DNA of 64,000 nt, taken from an uncultured Ktedonobacterales bacterium (GTDB lineage: Bacteria > Chloroflexota > DTOL01 > DAOUCN01). Below are positions 1-8,241 of this stretch, piece by piece. The notes below the pieces were generated by a model, which searched no databases, had not been told where the DNA came from, and saw only the letters and a list, made by a program, of their open reading frames with translations. A program made the position numbers and the translations under genes. The stretch lies in NCBI GenBank assembly GCA_964402955.1, contig CAYOEZ010000001.1:35027-99026 (forward strand), written 5' to 3'. How positions within the stretch are numbered: position 1 is the first letter of the stretch; the number at the start of each line of letters is the position of its first letter.

Positions 1-2
1 TG

Positions 3-206
3 CACAGCGCCACGCTGGACGACGGCAAGGTGGAGGATATACCCATCCCCGCACAGTCCACACGCTATGATCGCTTTGGCGGCGACACACTTGCCCGCTT
101 GCAGGCCGGCCAGCCGCCCATCGCCAGCCTCGAAGATTGCTATCGAGCCATGCGGCTTCTCGACGACATCTATCGCAAGGCCGTGCGCACACCCTATCAC
201 TCGTGA
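3..206 (+). CDS. Gfo/Idh/MocA-family oxidoreductase, C-terminal fragment (5' end outside window)
   Basis: Frame-3 reading frame is open from the window edge to TGA at 204-206. The tail ...GDTLARLQAGQPPIASLEDCYRAMRLLDDIYRKAVRTPYHS resembles the C-terminal end of Gfo/Idh/MocA oxidoreductases. It is absent from the ORF track because it has no start in the window. Confidence 0.45.
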   Translation, partial: HSATLDDGKVEDIPIPAQSTRYDRFGGDTLARLQAGQPPIASLEDCYRAMRLLDDIYRKAVRTPYHS

Positions 207-232
207 CCATATCACGCAGCGAGGAGCACAGC

Positions 233-835
233 ATGGAACGTCGCGTCAGCTATTTTCCCGAATACGGTGAGCAGAACACGTCTGCTGTCGTCGAGTGTGT
301 GCGTCGCCGCCTGGATGACGGTGATGTGACGACCATTGTTGTCGCCACCTCCAGCGGTAAGACGGCGCTGCTATTCGCCGATGCCCTGGCGAAGCGCCCT
401 GGCCTGCGCCTGATCGCGGTCGGCAATCCGCCGGGCAGCGCCTACGAACCCATGATAGCGGAAAGCCGGATGAAGCTGGCGGCCAAAGGCGTCATCACTG
501 TGGACTATGCGCCCTACGGCTGCGCGTCGCTACAGGGAGACGCCCACCGTAACATGTACGGTGCGCTCGACTTGCTCGTCGTTGTTGCCGATATCTGGCG
601 CATGATGGGCGGTCAGGGGCTTAAAGTGGCGATGGAAGTTGGCTTGATGGCAACCAACGTGGGCGTGCTGAAGCCAGGCGAAAAAGTGATCGCCGTCGGC
701 GGCACTGCCAGCGGCGCCGATACGGCGATCGTGATGAAGACTGCTCTGTCTCTCGATATCTTCTCGGCGGAAGCGGAGCGTCGGCCCGACTTGCTCGAGT
801 TCATCTGCACGCCAGTGGCCAAGAAGTGGTGGTAG
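233..835 (+). CDS. pyruvate kinase alpha/beta (PK C-terminal-like) domain protein
   Basis: ATG at 233 is preceded by GAGGAG. The product MERRVSYFPEYGEQNTSAVV...IVVATSSGKTALLF...GQGLKVAMEVGLMATNVG...VIAVGGTASGADTAIVMK matches the conserved pattern of stand-alone PK_C-like proteins. The longer track ORF starting at 137 has an implausible N-terminus. Confidence 0.7.
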   Translation: MERRVSYFPEYGEQNTSAVVECVRRRLDDGDVTTIVVATSSGKTALLFADALAKRPGLRLIAVGNPPGSAYEPMIAESRMKLAAKGVITVDYAPYGCASLQGDAHRNMYGALDLLVVVADIWRMMGGQGLKVAMEVGLMATNVGVLKPGEKVIAVGGTASGADTAIVMKTALSLDIFSAEAERRPDLLEFICTPVAKKWW

Positions 836-903
836 CAGCCGCACAGCTTGCACAAACGCCAGGACCCTTCCTGGCGTTTGTGCATCTGTCATGACGTCTG
901 CGA

Positions 904-3492
904 CTACTTCGCTGCTGTGATTCCGTCATTGCCATCCTGGCGCGGCTCATCCTTCCCTCGCCGTAGCCGCAGGTGCAGTATCCCGAGCAACTGCTGGTGC
1001 GGGTGGAAGTAGAACCACAGGCCGGTCGTGAACAGGACGTAGACAACCAGGAAGGCGACCAGGAACTGCACCGGACTGCGCGTGAATGCGGTGGCCGGCC
1101 CGTCGTTCGGGTTGATCATGATCCGGCTCAGAACCAGTCCCGAAGGGATGAAGAGCAGCGCCCACACAAGCTTTCTGCGATTCCACAGGTCGCGGCCATA
1201 GGTATTGGCCACCGGGATCAACTGGAAAAACAACGTCTGGATGGCAGCCAGGAAGACGGCCAGAGATAGATTCAGCAGCGCCACCATCACGTGCGCCGCG
1301 CTCGTAACAGCCTCCGCTGTCCCGTTTACCGTCAGGCTCAACGCCGCAAAAATGCCGCTGGCGGTCCACGACATCACAACCAGCGCCACGATCGCGGCCA
1401 ATCCTGCCCAGCGCAAGGTCAGTTGCCGCTGTGCGGACACCTCAGCTTCCTCGACGCCGATGCCGCCGGGAGCGCCGAAAATGATCCCCGGCTGAAGCGG
1501 CACGATGCGGCTGACCAGCACCGCTGCTGCTGATACGAATAGATTGGCCGGCCAGAAATCGAAACGGTGCTCGACCTTCCAGCGGCGCAGTGTGAATGAT
1601 TGGCCAAGGCTGTCGGCGTAGCCACATGCTGCGACGGTCACAAGCATGACGCAGAAGAAGTAGAGGCTCCCCGGGGCCAATGGATTCCACGTTGGGTCAA
1701 GGAAACTCACGACCAAAGCGTAGGCGGCCAGTATCGATCCGAGCTTCAACATGGCGGGCATACCTCTTTCCGTCGTATGCCCGGGCCTGAAAAGCATCTT
1801 TGGGACGCGTGAAACAAGGTTGACCAGCGGGAGCCGCCGCAGCAGACCCTTGAGCGATGTCTCCTGCTCGCGAATCAGGTTGTCGGTCACGGTATTGCAG
1901 ATGCCAAACACCAGCGCAATCAGGATCACCAGCAGCAAGTTGGCGCCCAGAACGATCACTGGTGTGCCAAAGAACTCAAGCGGGGTGACGATGGGCGTGA
2001 AGAACGAGTCGCGCGTGCTGGCCTGAGCCTGCAAGCGCGCCGGCGCCGCCAGGAAGATCAGCGGCGCATCGGGCCCGCCTGGCGTGGGCGGGAAACGGTC
2101 GATGAAGTCAGTGGCGTGTCCAGTGTCGCGCCCAATCGGTTCGCGTTCCAGAGAATGCCCCGGTCCGGCAATCTTGACCGGAGGTGAGTATGCTGATGCG
2201 TCTGTGCCATAGGACATTGCACTGACCACTTTACCCGACGGGTCGCGCAGCAACACGTGGTCGCCTGTCGAGATCAAGCCGGCGCTCTGCGCATTTTTGA
2301 TGGGGAGCTGCACGAGCGGCGCCGGAATGTCGGGAAAGATGCTGTGGATATAGTCGCGATCCCAGGTCAGAACAAGATAGTTGCGCGCCTCGATCAACGT
2401 ATCCGGAATGATGTATGCGCCGGACGCTGTGTCCACCGTCCAGCCGCTCATGACAAAGGGCTGGGTGTTGCGGTTGAACAGCTCAACCCACTGCGACGAA
2501 GCGAGGCTGTTACCCAGCGGCGATTCGGCAGCCTGCGTGGCAGAGATGAGATCAATCGGTAGTCCTGTGAAATCAACCTCATTCACAATGATTGACGGCT
2601 TTGCCTGTCCGGCTGGAACGATCAGCTTTTGCGCTTGCGGCGACGGCGCTGCCGCAACAACGATCGTTGTGCTTGTTGGCCTGGCCGTTGGCACAGTTGT
2701 TACCGTTGCGGTTGGCACAGTTGTGGCTGTCTCTGTTGGCGTGGGTGGCAGGTCTGTGGGCGTTGCGGACGGCGCGGCGATTGTCGCAGTCGCGGCAGCC
2801 TTGAGCGCCGCATTGGGCTGCGCCACTGTTGCTGTTGCTGTCGGCGTCGCTGCCTGAACGGATGTTGCTGTGGCTGGTACGCCCGGGACTGCGCTGTGCG
2901 TGGGGGTGGCCGTCTGTGTGTTGGTCGGCGTCGCAGTAGCCGTTAGTGTGCGCGTCTTTGTGGCTCTTAGCGTGTTGGTCGGCGTGTCTGTTGCCGTAGG
3001 CGTGACTGTTGGTGTGTCAGTCGGCGTATATGTTGCCGTCGGTGTATTGGTCGGCGTATATGTTGCCGTCGGTGTATTGGTCGGCGTATATGTTGCCGTC
3101 GGCGTCTCTGTTGGCGCCGGTGTATTCGTCGGTGTGTCTGTCGGCGTTGGCGTATTGGTTGGTGTGTCTGTTGGTATGGCTGTCGCAGTGTCCGTCGGCC
3201 GCGGTGTTGCCGTGGCCACAGCAGTTGCGGTAGGGACCGGAGTCGGCAGCCCCGGCACGTTTGTCGGCCTGGGATTCGCTACAGGCAGAGTCGGCGGCGG
3301 ATCTATCCTCGTTGGCGTCGCCGGCACTGGCGCGGCCGCTTGACCACCGGCGAGCCCGGGAGTCAGCGACATAGCGCTGGAAAACAACGGCTGCAGCCGC
3401 GAACTGCTATCGCCAAGCGCCGCCGGAGCCGGCAAGCCAAGTGCCAGGATCGCCAACACGAGAACGACGAACATGAATCTGCGCTCTACCAT
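904..3492 (-). CDS. secreted/membrane protein: signal peptide, Thr/Pro-rich linker, lamin-tail domain (LTD), polytopic C-terminal membrane domain
   Basis: 862-aa ORF. It has an N-terminal hydrophobic signal ([20 protein letters not shown]) and about 250 aa of Thr/Pro low complexity with [10 protein letters not shown] repeats. The segment IVNEVDFTG...[19 protein letters not shown] is LTD-like. Many hydrophobic helices follow to the C-terminus. A GAGAGG RBS lies upstream of the ATG. Confidence 0.8.
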   Translation of the reverse strand: MVERRFMFVVLVLAILALGLPAPAALGDSSSRLQPLFSSAMSLTPGLAGGQAAAPVPATPTRIDPPPTLPVANPRPTNVPGLPTPVPTATAVATATPRPTDTATAIPTDTPTNTPTPTDTPTNTPAPTETPTATYTPTNTPTATYTPTNTPTATYTPTDTPTVTPTATDTPTNTLRATKTRTLTATATPTNTQTATPTHSAVPGVPATATSVQAATPTATATVAQPNAALKAAATATIAAPSATPTDLPPTPTETATTVPTATVTTVPTARPTSTTIVVAAAPSPQAQKLIVPAGQAKPSIIVNEVDFTGLPIDLISATQAAESPLGNSLASSQWVELFNRNTQPFVMSGWTVDTASGAYIIPDTLIEARNYLVLTWDRDYIHSIFPDIPAPLVQLPIKNAQSAGLISTGDHVLLRDPSGKVVSAMSYGTDASAYSPPVKIAGPGHSLEREPIGRDTGHATDFIDRFPPTPGGPDAPLIFLAAPARLQAQASTRDSFFTPIVTPLEFFGTPVIVLGANLLLVILIALVFGICNTVTDNLIREQETSLKGLLRRLPLVNLVSRVPKMLFRPGHTTERGMPAMLKLGSILAAYALVVSFLDPTWNPLAPGSLYFFCVMLVTVAACGYADSLGQSFTLRRWKVEHRFDFWPANLFVSAAAVLVSRIVPLQPGIIFGAPGGIGVEEAEVSAQRQLTLRWAGLAAIVALVVMSWTASGIFAALSLTVNGTAEAVTSAAHVMVALLNLSLAVFLAAIQTLFFQLIPVANTYGRDLWNRRKLVWALLFIPSGLVLSRIMINPNDGPATAFTRSPVQFLVAFLVVYVLFTTGLWFYFHPHQQLLGILHLRLRRGKDEPRQDGNDGITAAK
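3021..3102. repeat. 30-bp tandem repeat, about 2.7 copies, inside the Thr/Pro linker of the LTD protein
   Basis: The unit tcggcgtatatgttgccgtcggtgtattgg is identical at 3021-3050 and 3051-3080, with 22 further nt at 3081-3102. On the minus strand it encodes repeated [10 protein letters not shown]. Confidence 0.9.
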
Positions 3493-3554
3493 GCCATAAG
3501 CCTCTCTATTGTCGATGTTGTTGTGCTTGTGGGCCTGTTTGCTGCTACGGCGGG

Positions 3555-3583
3555 ATTATAAACCCTGCTTGCCTAAATGTCAA
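3555..3583 (-). promoter_or_regulatory. sigma70-type promoter for the LTD membrane protein gene
   Basis: The minus strand reads TTGACA (3583-3578), a 17-nt spacer, then TATAAT (3560-3555). Both hexamers are perfect consensus. The site is about 60 nt upstream of the ATG at 3492. Confidence 0.55.
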
Positions 3584-3649
3584 TAGGTTACTTACATTTG
3601 ACGCCCCTGCAGGCCAGAAGAAGGAGGAGGTGTCGGAGAGGGGTGTCCG

Positions 3650-4873
3650 CTATTCGCCGCCGCCGCTGGCGGCAGGGGCAGCGACAGGCCTGGGCATGCG
3701 GATGAATTGCGTGGCGAGGATGGACAGAACGATGAAGCCAAATCCAAGCTGGAAAACCACCTGGTAGCCGAATGCTTGCCAGAGCAGGCTGCCCGTGATG
3801 GGCACAATGACGGCGGCAACGTGCATCATGGAGACGCCCATTGCCAGGCTGGGGGCAACATCAGCCGGGTCGGCGATCTTCTTCAGGTAGGTGTTGCGCG
3901 CCATCATGCCCAGACCGAAGACCTGGTAGAAAATGTACATGATTGCCAGCACGAGAGCGTTGGGAATAAAGGCGAAGGCGAGAAAGACGGGAGCGCTGAC
4001 GCCGTAGCACAAGGTCAGGATGGGCTTTTCGCCGATATGATCAATCCACGAGCCGAAGATCGGCGCAGCCATCCAACTGATGATGGCGTTTGCGATGAGC
4101 AGGAGCGTAATGCTCTGCACTCCGACGTGGTAAACGTCGACCAGCGTGAAAAGGGCAAAGGTCATAGCGATCTGGGCGCGGCAGCCATCGAGAAAGTTCA
4201 GCAGATAATAGAGACCATAGCGACGCTTCATGACAAAGCCCTGCTGCCGCACCAGGCGGGGGTTCCTGGGGATGCTTAGCAGTCCGATGCCGGCCGGAAT
4301 CATGAACAACGCCGAGACGAGGAACATCTGGCGCATGCCGATAACGTTGACGATGATGAACGTGACAAACATGGATGCCAGCGTGCCAATCGAGCCGATG
4401 CTGGCTAGTTTGCCCAGGATGCGGCCCTCATACCCTTCATCGGCCAGGCTGAGGCCCAGCACAACGTAGACCTGCATCCAGGTGTGGAAGCCCAGACTGC
4501 CGATCATCGCCACCGGCAACAATTGTGCGAAGCTATGCACCTGGCTATAGCTGGCAAAACCCACCGCTGTGAGCAACAGGGCCACGCCTGCGACCTTCGA
4601 CACTGAGAAGCTGACGGTTATGGCTGCCACGGCCACCATCAGAAAGCCGACCAGCTCACGCGCCGCCGTGTAGTACCCCATCTGGGCGCCGCCGATACCC
4701 AGCTCCTGGCGGAAAAAGTTGTTGGAAACCGAGCTATCAATGCCCTGGTTGAAGCTGAGTGCGAAGACGCCGAACGCGATCAGGAGAAAACTGCGGGACG
4801 ATTTCAAAAGGATGCCTCGTCGAGACGAAAATATGCCAAAGCTGCGCCATTGTAGCATAGTACGAGTATTCAC
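3650..4873 (-). CDS. MFS transporter
   Basis: 407-aa ORF that is hydrophobic throughout (about 12 TM segments) with an MFS-like loop pattern. The start is uncertain: a TTGCGT-17-TACAAT promoter-like motif overlaps the first codons, so a downstream TTG (ILL-KSSRSF) is possible. Confidence 0.75.
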   Translation of the reverse strand: MNTRTMLQWRSFGIFSSRRGILLKSSRSFLLIAFGVFALSFNQGIDSSVSNNFFRQELGIGGAQMGYYTAARELVGFLMVAVAAITVSFSVSKVAGVALLLTAVGFASYSQVHSFAQLLPVAMIGSLGFHTWMQVYVVLGLSLADEGYEGRILGKLASIGSIGTLASMFVTFIIVNVIGMRQMFLVSALFMIPAGIGLLSIPRNPRLVRQQGFVMKRRYGLYYLLNFLDGCRAQIAMTFALFTLVDVYHVGVQSITLLLIANAIISWMAAPIFGSWIDHIGEKPILTLCYGVSAPVFLAFAFIPNALVLAIMYIFYQVFGLGMMARNTYLKKIADPADVAPSLAMGVSMMHVAAVIVPITGSLLWQAFGYQVVFQLGFGFIVLSILATQFIRMPRPVAAPAASGGGE

Positions 4874-5124
4874 GCAAACGACGGCGCGGGCTTTACGTGT
4901 AGGGAGCGGACTCCTCCGCGACCCGCTGCTGGCAGATATTCCGGCGCGGGAGAGGCCGCGCCGCTACACGCGGGACGGGGATACTGTCACCGTGACGCAA
5001 TCTCATCTTCACGCCGTGGGCTTGCAGGGAGGCCCTGTCCGTGCTATGATGCCCGCGGTGAGCCGGGACGCCTGACCCGGCGCAACCAGTGACGCTGTCA
5101 TAGGCTGTCAACAGGAATGACCGC

Positions 5125-5829
5125 TTGTCTGCACTCGATGACCTGAACGCCGCTGTTATCTCATGCCGCCGCTGCCCACGTCTCGTCGAGTGGCGCGAGC
5201 GTGTGGCGCAGGAGAAGAAGCGCGCCTACCGCAACGAGGACTACTGGGGACGCCCGCTGCCTGGCCTGGGCGACCCGCAGGCTCGGCTGCTCATCGTCGG
5301 CCTGGCGCCGGCTGCGCATGGCGGCAACCGCAGCGGGCGCATGTTCACGGGCGATCGCTCTGCCGATGTGCTCTTCATCGCCCTGCACCGCGCCGGCTTT
5401 GCCAACCAGCCCATGTCGCTATACCGTGGCGACGGCTTGCTCTTGCACGACGCCTACATCACCGCCGCAGCGCGCTGTGCCCCGCCCGGCAACCACCCCA
5501 CCCCCGACGAACTGCGCGCTTGCCAGACCTGGATGGAGCAAGAGATCACCCTCCTGCCCACCGTGCGCGTGGTCGTGACGCTGGGGCAGATCGCCTTTGC
5601 CGCCTATCTGCGCACGGCAGAACACCTGGGGCTTCAGCTACCGCGTCCGCTGCCGCTCTTTGGCCACAACCGGGCCTATCGCCTGGGGGCAGGCTGGCCG
5701 CTCGTGATCACATCCTACCACCCCAGCCGCCAGAACACACAGACTGGCCGTCTGACGCAAGACATGCTCGACGCCGTTTTTCTGCGGGCGCGAGACGAAA
5801 TTCTGGAACACATGGAGGTAGACGCATGA
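5125..5829 (+). CDS. uracil-DNA glycosylase, family 5 (UdgB-like)
   Basis: Carries the CRRCPRL Fe-S cysteines and the motif VGLAPAAHGGNRSGRMFTGD, which is the GLAPA variant typical of family 5 rather than the GEAPG of family 4. The C-terminal HPS motif (YHPSRQN) is present. TTG start. Confidence 0.8.
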   Translation: MSALDDLNAAVISCRRCPRLVEWRERVAQEKKRAYRNEDYWGRPLPGLGDPQARLLIVGLAPAAHGGNRSGRMFTGDRSADVLFIALHRAGFANQPMSLYRGDGLLLHDAYITAAARCAPPGNHPTPDELRACQTWMEQEITLLPTVRVVVTLGQIAFAAYLRTAEHLGLQLPRPLPLFGHNRAYRLGAGWPLVITSYHPSRQNTQTGRLTQDMLDAVFLRARDEILEHMEVDA

Positions 5830-6638
5830 CATTGCTAACCGGGCAGCAACTATACGATCTGACCGGCAAAGTAGCGCTGGTGACCGGCGGTGCGCGCACG
5901 CTGGGCTATGACATGGCGCTTGCCCTGGCCGAAGCCGGGGCCGATGTCGCCGTCACCAGCCGCACGCTGGAGCACGCTCAGGTCTCGGCGCAGAAGCTGT
6001 CTGAGGCAACGGGGCGCAAGGCCGTTGGCTATGCCTGCGACGTGCGCTCTGAAGCATCGGTCATGACCATGGTCGATGCTGTTCTGGCTGCTTTCGGCAA
6101 GATCGACATCCTGGTCAACAACGCCGGCAATGTCGCCAGCACCGCCAGCAACAAGCCGATCGAAAACCGGCCGCTCGAAGAATGGGAAAACACCGTGGCG
6201 ACGAACATGACAGGATCGTTTCTCTGCACCAAGCATGTCGTTGCCAAAGCCATGAAGCCGGCGCTCAGCGGCGTCATCATCAACATCGGTTCGGTGGCGG
6301 GCATGGGCGGCAAGGATCACCGCGTCTACCGCGGCACTGAGATGGGCGGTGTGACGCTCGATTATGCCGCGGCCAAGGGCGGGGTGATCAACATGACACG
6401 TGAGGAGGCCTGCTGGCTGGCGCAGTACAACATCCGCGTCAACTGTATCAGCCCGGGCGGCTTCAGGCGCAACCAACCCGAGCCGTTTCCTGAGCAGTAT
6501 AACTATCTTGTCCCGATGGGCCGCATGGGCCAGGGCGGCAAAGAGATGAAAGGCCCCGTGCTCTTCCTTGCCTCTGAGGCGTCATCGTACGTCACGGGCG
6601 TCAACTTGCCTGTTGACGGAGGTATGATGGCATGGTAA
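5826..6638 (+). CDS. SDR-family oxidoreductase
   Basis: The ATG at 5826 overlaps the udg stop (ATGA). Rossmann motif VTGGARTLG and catalytic YAAAKGG (YxxxK) are present. The upstream 5' part of track ORF 5163-6638 is out-of-frame read-through of the udg gene. Confidence 0.85.
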   Translation: MTLLTGQQLYDLTGKVALVTGGARTLGYDMALALAEAGADVAVTSRTLEHAQVSAQKLSEATGRKAVGYACDVRSEASVMTMVDAVLAAFGKIDILVNNAGNVASTASNKPIENRPLEEWENTVATNMTGSFLCTKHVVAKAMKPALSGVIINIGSVAGMGGKDHRVYRGTEMGGVTLDYAAAKGGVINMTREEACWLAQYNIRVNCISPGGFRRNQPEPFPEQYNYLVPMGRMGQGGKEMKGPVLFLASEASSYVTGVNLPVDGGMMAW

Positions 6639-7606
6639 AGGATTGGCGCGACGTTTCTGCTCTGATCATCGGTTGCGGCAGCATTGGCCGCCGCCATGCT
6701 CGCGTCTTGCGCAGCCTGGGCGTGCGCGATCTGCGCGCCTGCGACCCCATGCCTGCCCAGCGCGCTGCCTTCGCCGCCGAAAGTCCATCGCTCAAGATGT
6801 ACGAATCGTTTGAGGCTGGTCTCGCTGATCAGCCTGAGACAGTCTTTGTCTGCACGCCGCCCTGGCTGCACATCGCCCAGGCCATGCAGGCGATCAACGC
6901 CGGCTGCCACGTCTTCAGCGAAAAACCGCTCTCCGACAAGACCGACGGCATCGACGACCTGATCGCCCTGGCCGCAGCCAAGAACAAGAAGCTCATGGTG
7001 GGGCTGTGCTTCCGCTATCACGCCGGGCAGGTCAAGGCCAGAGGCTATCTCGATGCCGGGCGAGTGGGGCGGCTGGTGTCCATTCGGGCTATGGTCGGCG
7101 AGCACCTGCCCGATGTGCGGCCCGACTACCAGACGCTCTTTTCAGCGCAGACAGGCGGGGCGTTTGATCTGATGCATGAGGTTGACCTGGCCATCTGGCA
7201 TGCCGGCGCTCCCGTGCGCCGTGTGCTGGCGGTCAGCGGCAATTACAGCGACATCGGCATCGAGGCGCCCGATCTGGCCGAGATCTTGCTCGACTTCGAC
7301 AATCATTGCCTGGCGAGCATTCATCTGGACTTTTTCCAGCGCCCGCGCCGCCGCCAGACCGAGCTCGTCGGCACCGCCGGCGTCATTCTGGTTGAGTTTG
7401 CGCGCTGGGAGACCTGCACGGTATCCACGTATGAGGCATCGAGCAAGACGTGGTCGCACGAGGAGTTCCCCACCGACCGCGACGACATGTTCCGCGCCGA
7501 AGATCAGGAGTTCCTGCAAGCCGTGGCCGAAGACAAGCCGATTCGCTATACCGCGGCCGAGGCGCGCAAATCCGTCGAGGTGGTGCTGGCCGCACAACGA
7601 GCGTGA
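6632..7606 (+). CDS. Gfo/Idh/MocA-family oxidoreductase
   Basis: N-terminal Rossmann segment ALIIGCGSIGRRHARVL and an EKP motif (VFSEKPL). Overlaps the SDR gene by 7 nt, consistent with an operon. Confidence 0.85.
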   Translation: MVKDWRDVSALIIGCGSIGRRHARVLRSLGVRDLRACDPMPAQRAAFAAESPSLKMYESFEAGLADQPETVFVCTPPWLHIAQAMQAINAGCHVFSEKPLSDKTDGIDDLIALAAAKNKKLMVGLCFRYHAGQVKARGYLDAGRVGRLVSIRAMVGEHLPDVRPDYQTLFSAQTGGAFDLMHEVDLAIWHAGAPVRRVLAVSGNYSDIGIEAPDLAEILLDFDNHCLASIHLDFFQRPRRRQTELVGTAGVILVEFARWETCTVSTYEASSKTWSHEEFPTDRDDMFRAEDQEFLQAVAEDKPIRYTAAEARKSVEVVLAAQRA

Positions 7607-7625
7607 CGTCAGGCCTGACATCCGG

Positions 7626-7654
7626 TTGACCGATGCCGTGCACGATGATATAAT
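7626..7654 (+). promoter_or_regulatory. sigma70-type promoter upstream of the Ubl/large-protein pair
   Basis: TTGACC (7626-7631), a 17-nt spacer, then TATAAT (7649-7654). This leaves a leader of about 125 nt before the TTG start at 7783. Confidence 0.55.
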
Positions 7655-7782
7655 CTTTTATGAGGTGTACGGAATCGCTTAACATAGAGCGTTCCCGTGC
7701 CAGCATCGCTTCCTCATTGTCCTCTCAAACCCTCTCTGCATTGATCGATGGCTGCCATTCTCACAAGCCAAAGGAGAGTCCC

Positions 7783-8238
7783 TTGTCGCCCATAACCATC
7801 GAGGTGTGTAGCCGCATAGCCGGCCTGGCAGTGAATGACCTCGCCTTGCAGCCGGCCATTCTGGAGTTGATTGAAGAGCGCATCACCGTGGGCGAGCTGA
7901 TTCGCCGCACGGTCGAAGAGCAGGTGCGCGAGTTGGTGGGCCGGCGCAAGCTCGATGCGCTGCAAGCGCAGCAGGCTCTGGCGCGCCAGTATCTGACAGA
8001 GGATGAGGTCGGCGCTCAGGCCAGGCAGGGCGCGGTACGATATCCCTCCTCACATCCGCAAAGCATCCCGCGCATCAGTCCCCAGGCCGAAGTGCAGAAG
8101 GCGCTGGTAGCCTTTGAACGCGGGAGCTACATGGTGCTGATTGACGGCAAGCGCATGGAGCGGTTGGACGAGCAGATCACTTTCGCTCCAGGAACCAAAG
8201 TGACGTTCCTGCGTGTCATGCCGCTGGCAGGGGGCTAG
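7783..8238 (+). CDS. ThiS/MoaD-like beta-grasp (ubiquitin-like) protein ending in Gly-Gly
   Basis: A TTG at 7783 lies 6 nt after AAGGAG (7771-7776). The C-terminus YMVLIDGKRMERLDEQITFAPGTKVTFLRVMPLAGG-stop matches the ThiS/MoaD terminal pattern (xVxVNG...GDxV...VxGG). The N-terminal ITIEV...ITVGELIRRTVEEQV could supply beta1 and alpha1. The track ORF starts earlier, at 7660. Confidence 0.55.
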   Translation: MSPITIEVCSRIAGLAVNDLALQPAILELIEERITVGELIRRTVEEQVRELVGRRKLDALQAQQALARQYLTEDEVGAQARQGAVRYPSSHPQSIPRISPQAEVQKALVAFERGSYMVLIDGKRMERLDEQITFAPGTKVTFLRVMPLAGG

Positions 8239-8241
8239 GCC

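Noticed and set aside
2650-3340. Periodic repeats in the Thr/Pro linkers considered as possible CRISPR arrays (also 59470-59860 and 62850-62960)
   Set aside because: The repeats are coding, imperfect, lack unique spacers of regular length, and lie inside long ORFs.
2381-3343. Val/Gly/Ala-rich plus-strand ORFs (2381-2857, 2870-3343), and a similar minus-strand ORF at 59301-59867
   Set aside because: These are the antisense translation of the Thr/Pro/Ala linker regions of real genes, so they are low-complexity artefacts.
5163-6638. 491-aa plus-strand ORF spanning the udg gene and the SDR gene
   Set aside because: The first two thirds are an alternative frame of the uracil-DNA glycosylase gene, giving a Pro/Arg/Ala-rich product. 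Only the part from ATG 5826 carries SDR motifs.
7660-7782. Longer N-terminal extension of the Ubl gene (track start at 7660)
   Set aside because: The start would lie only 6 nt after the predicted -10 box and has no RBS. The TTG at 7783 has an AAGGAG at ideal spacing.
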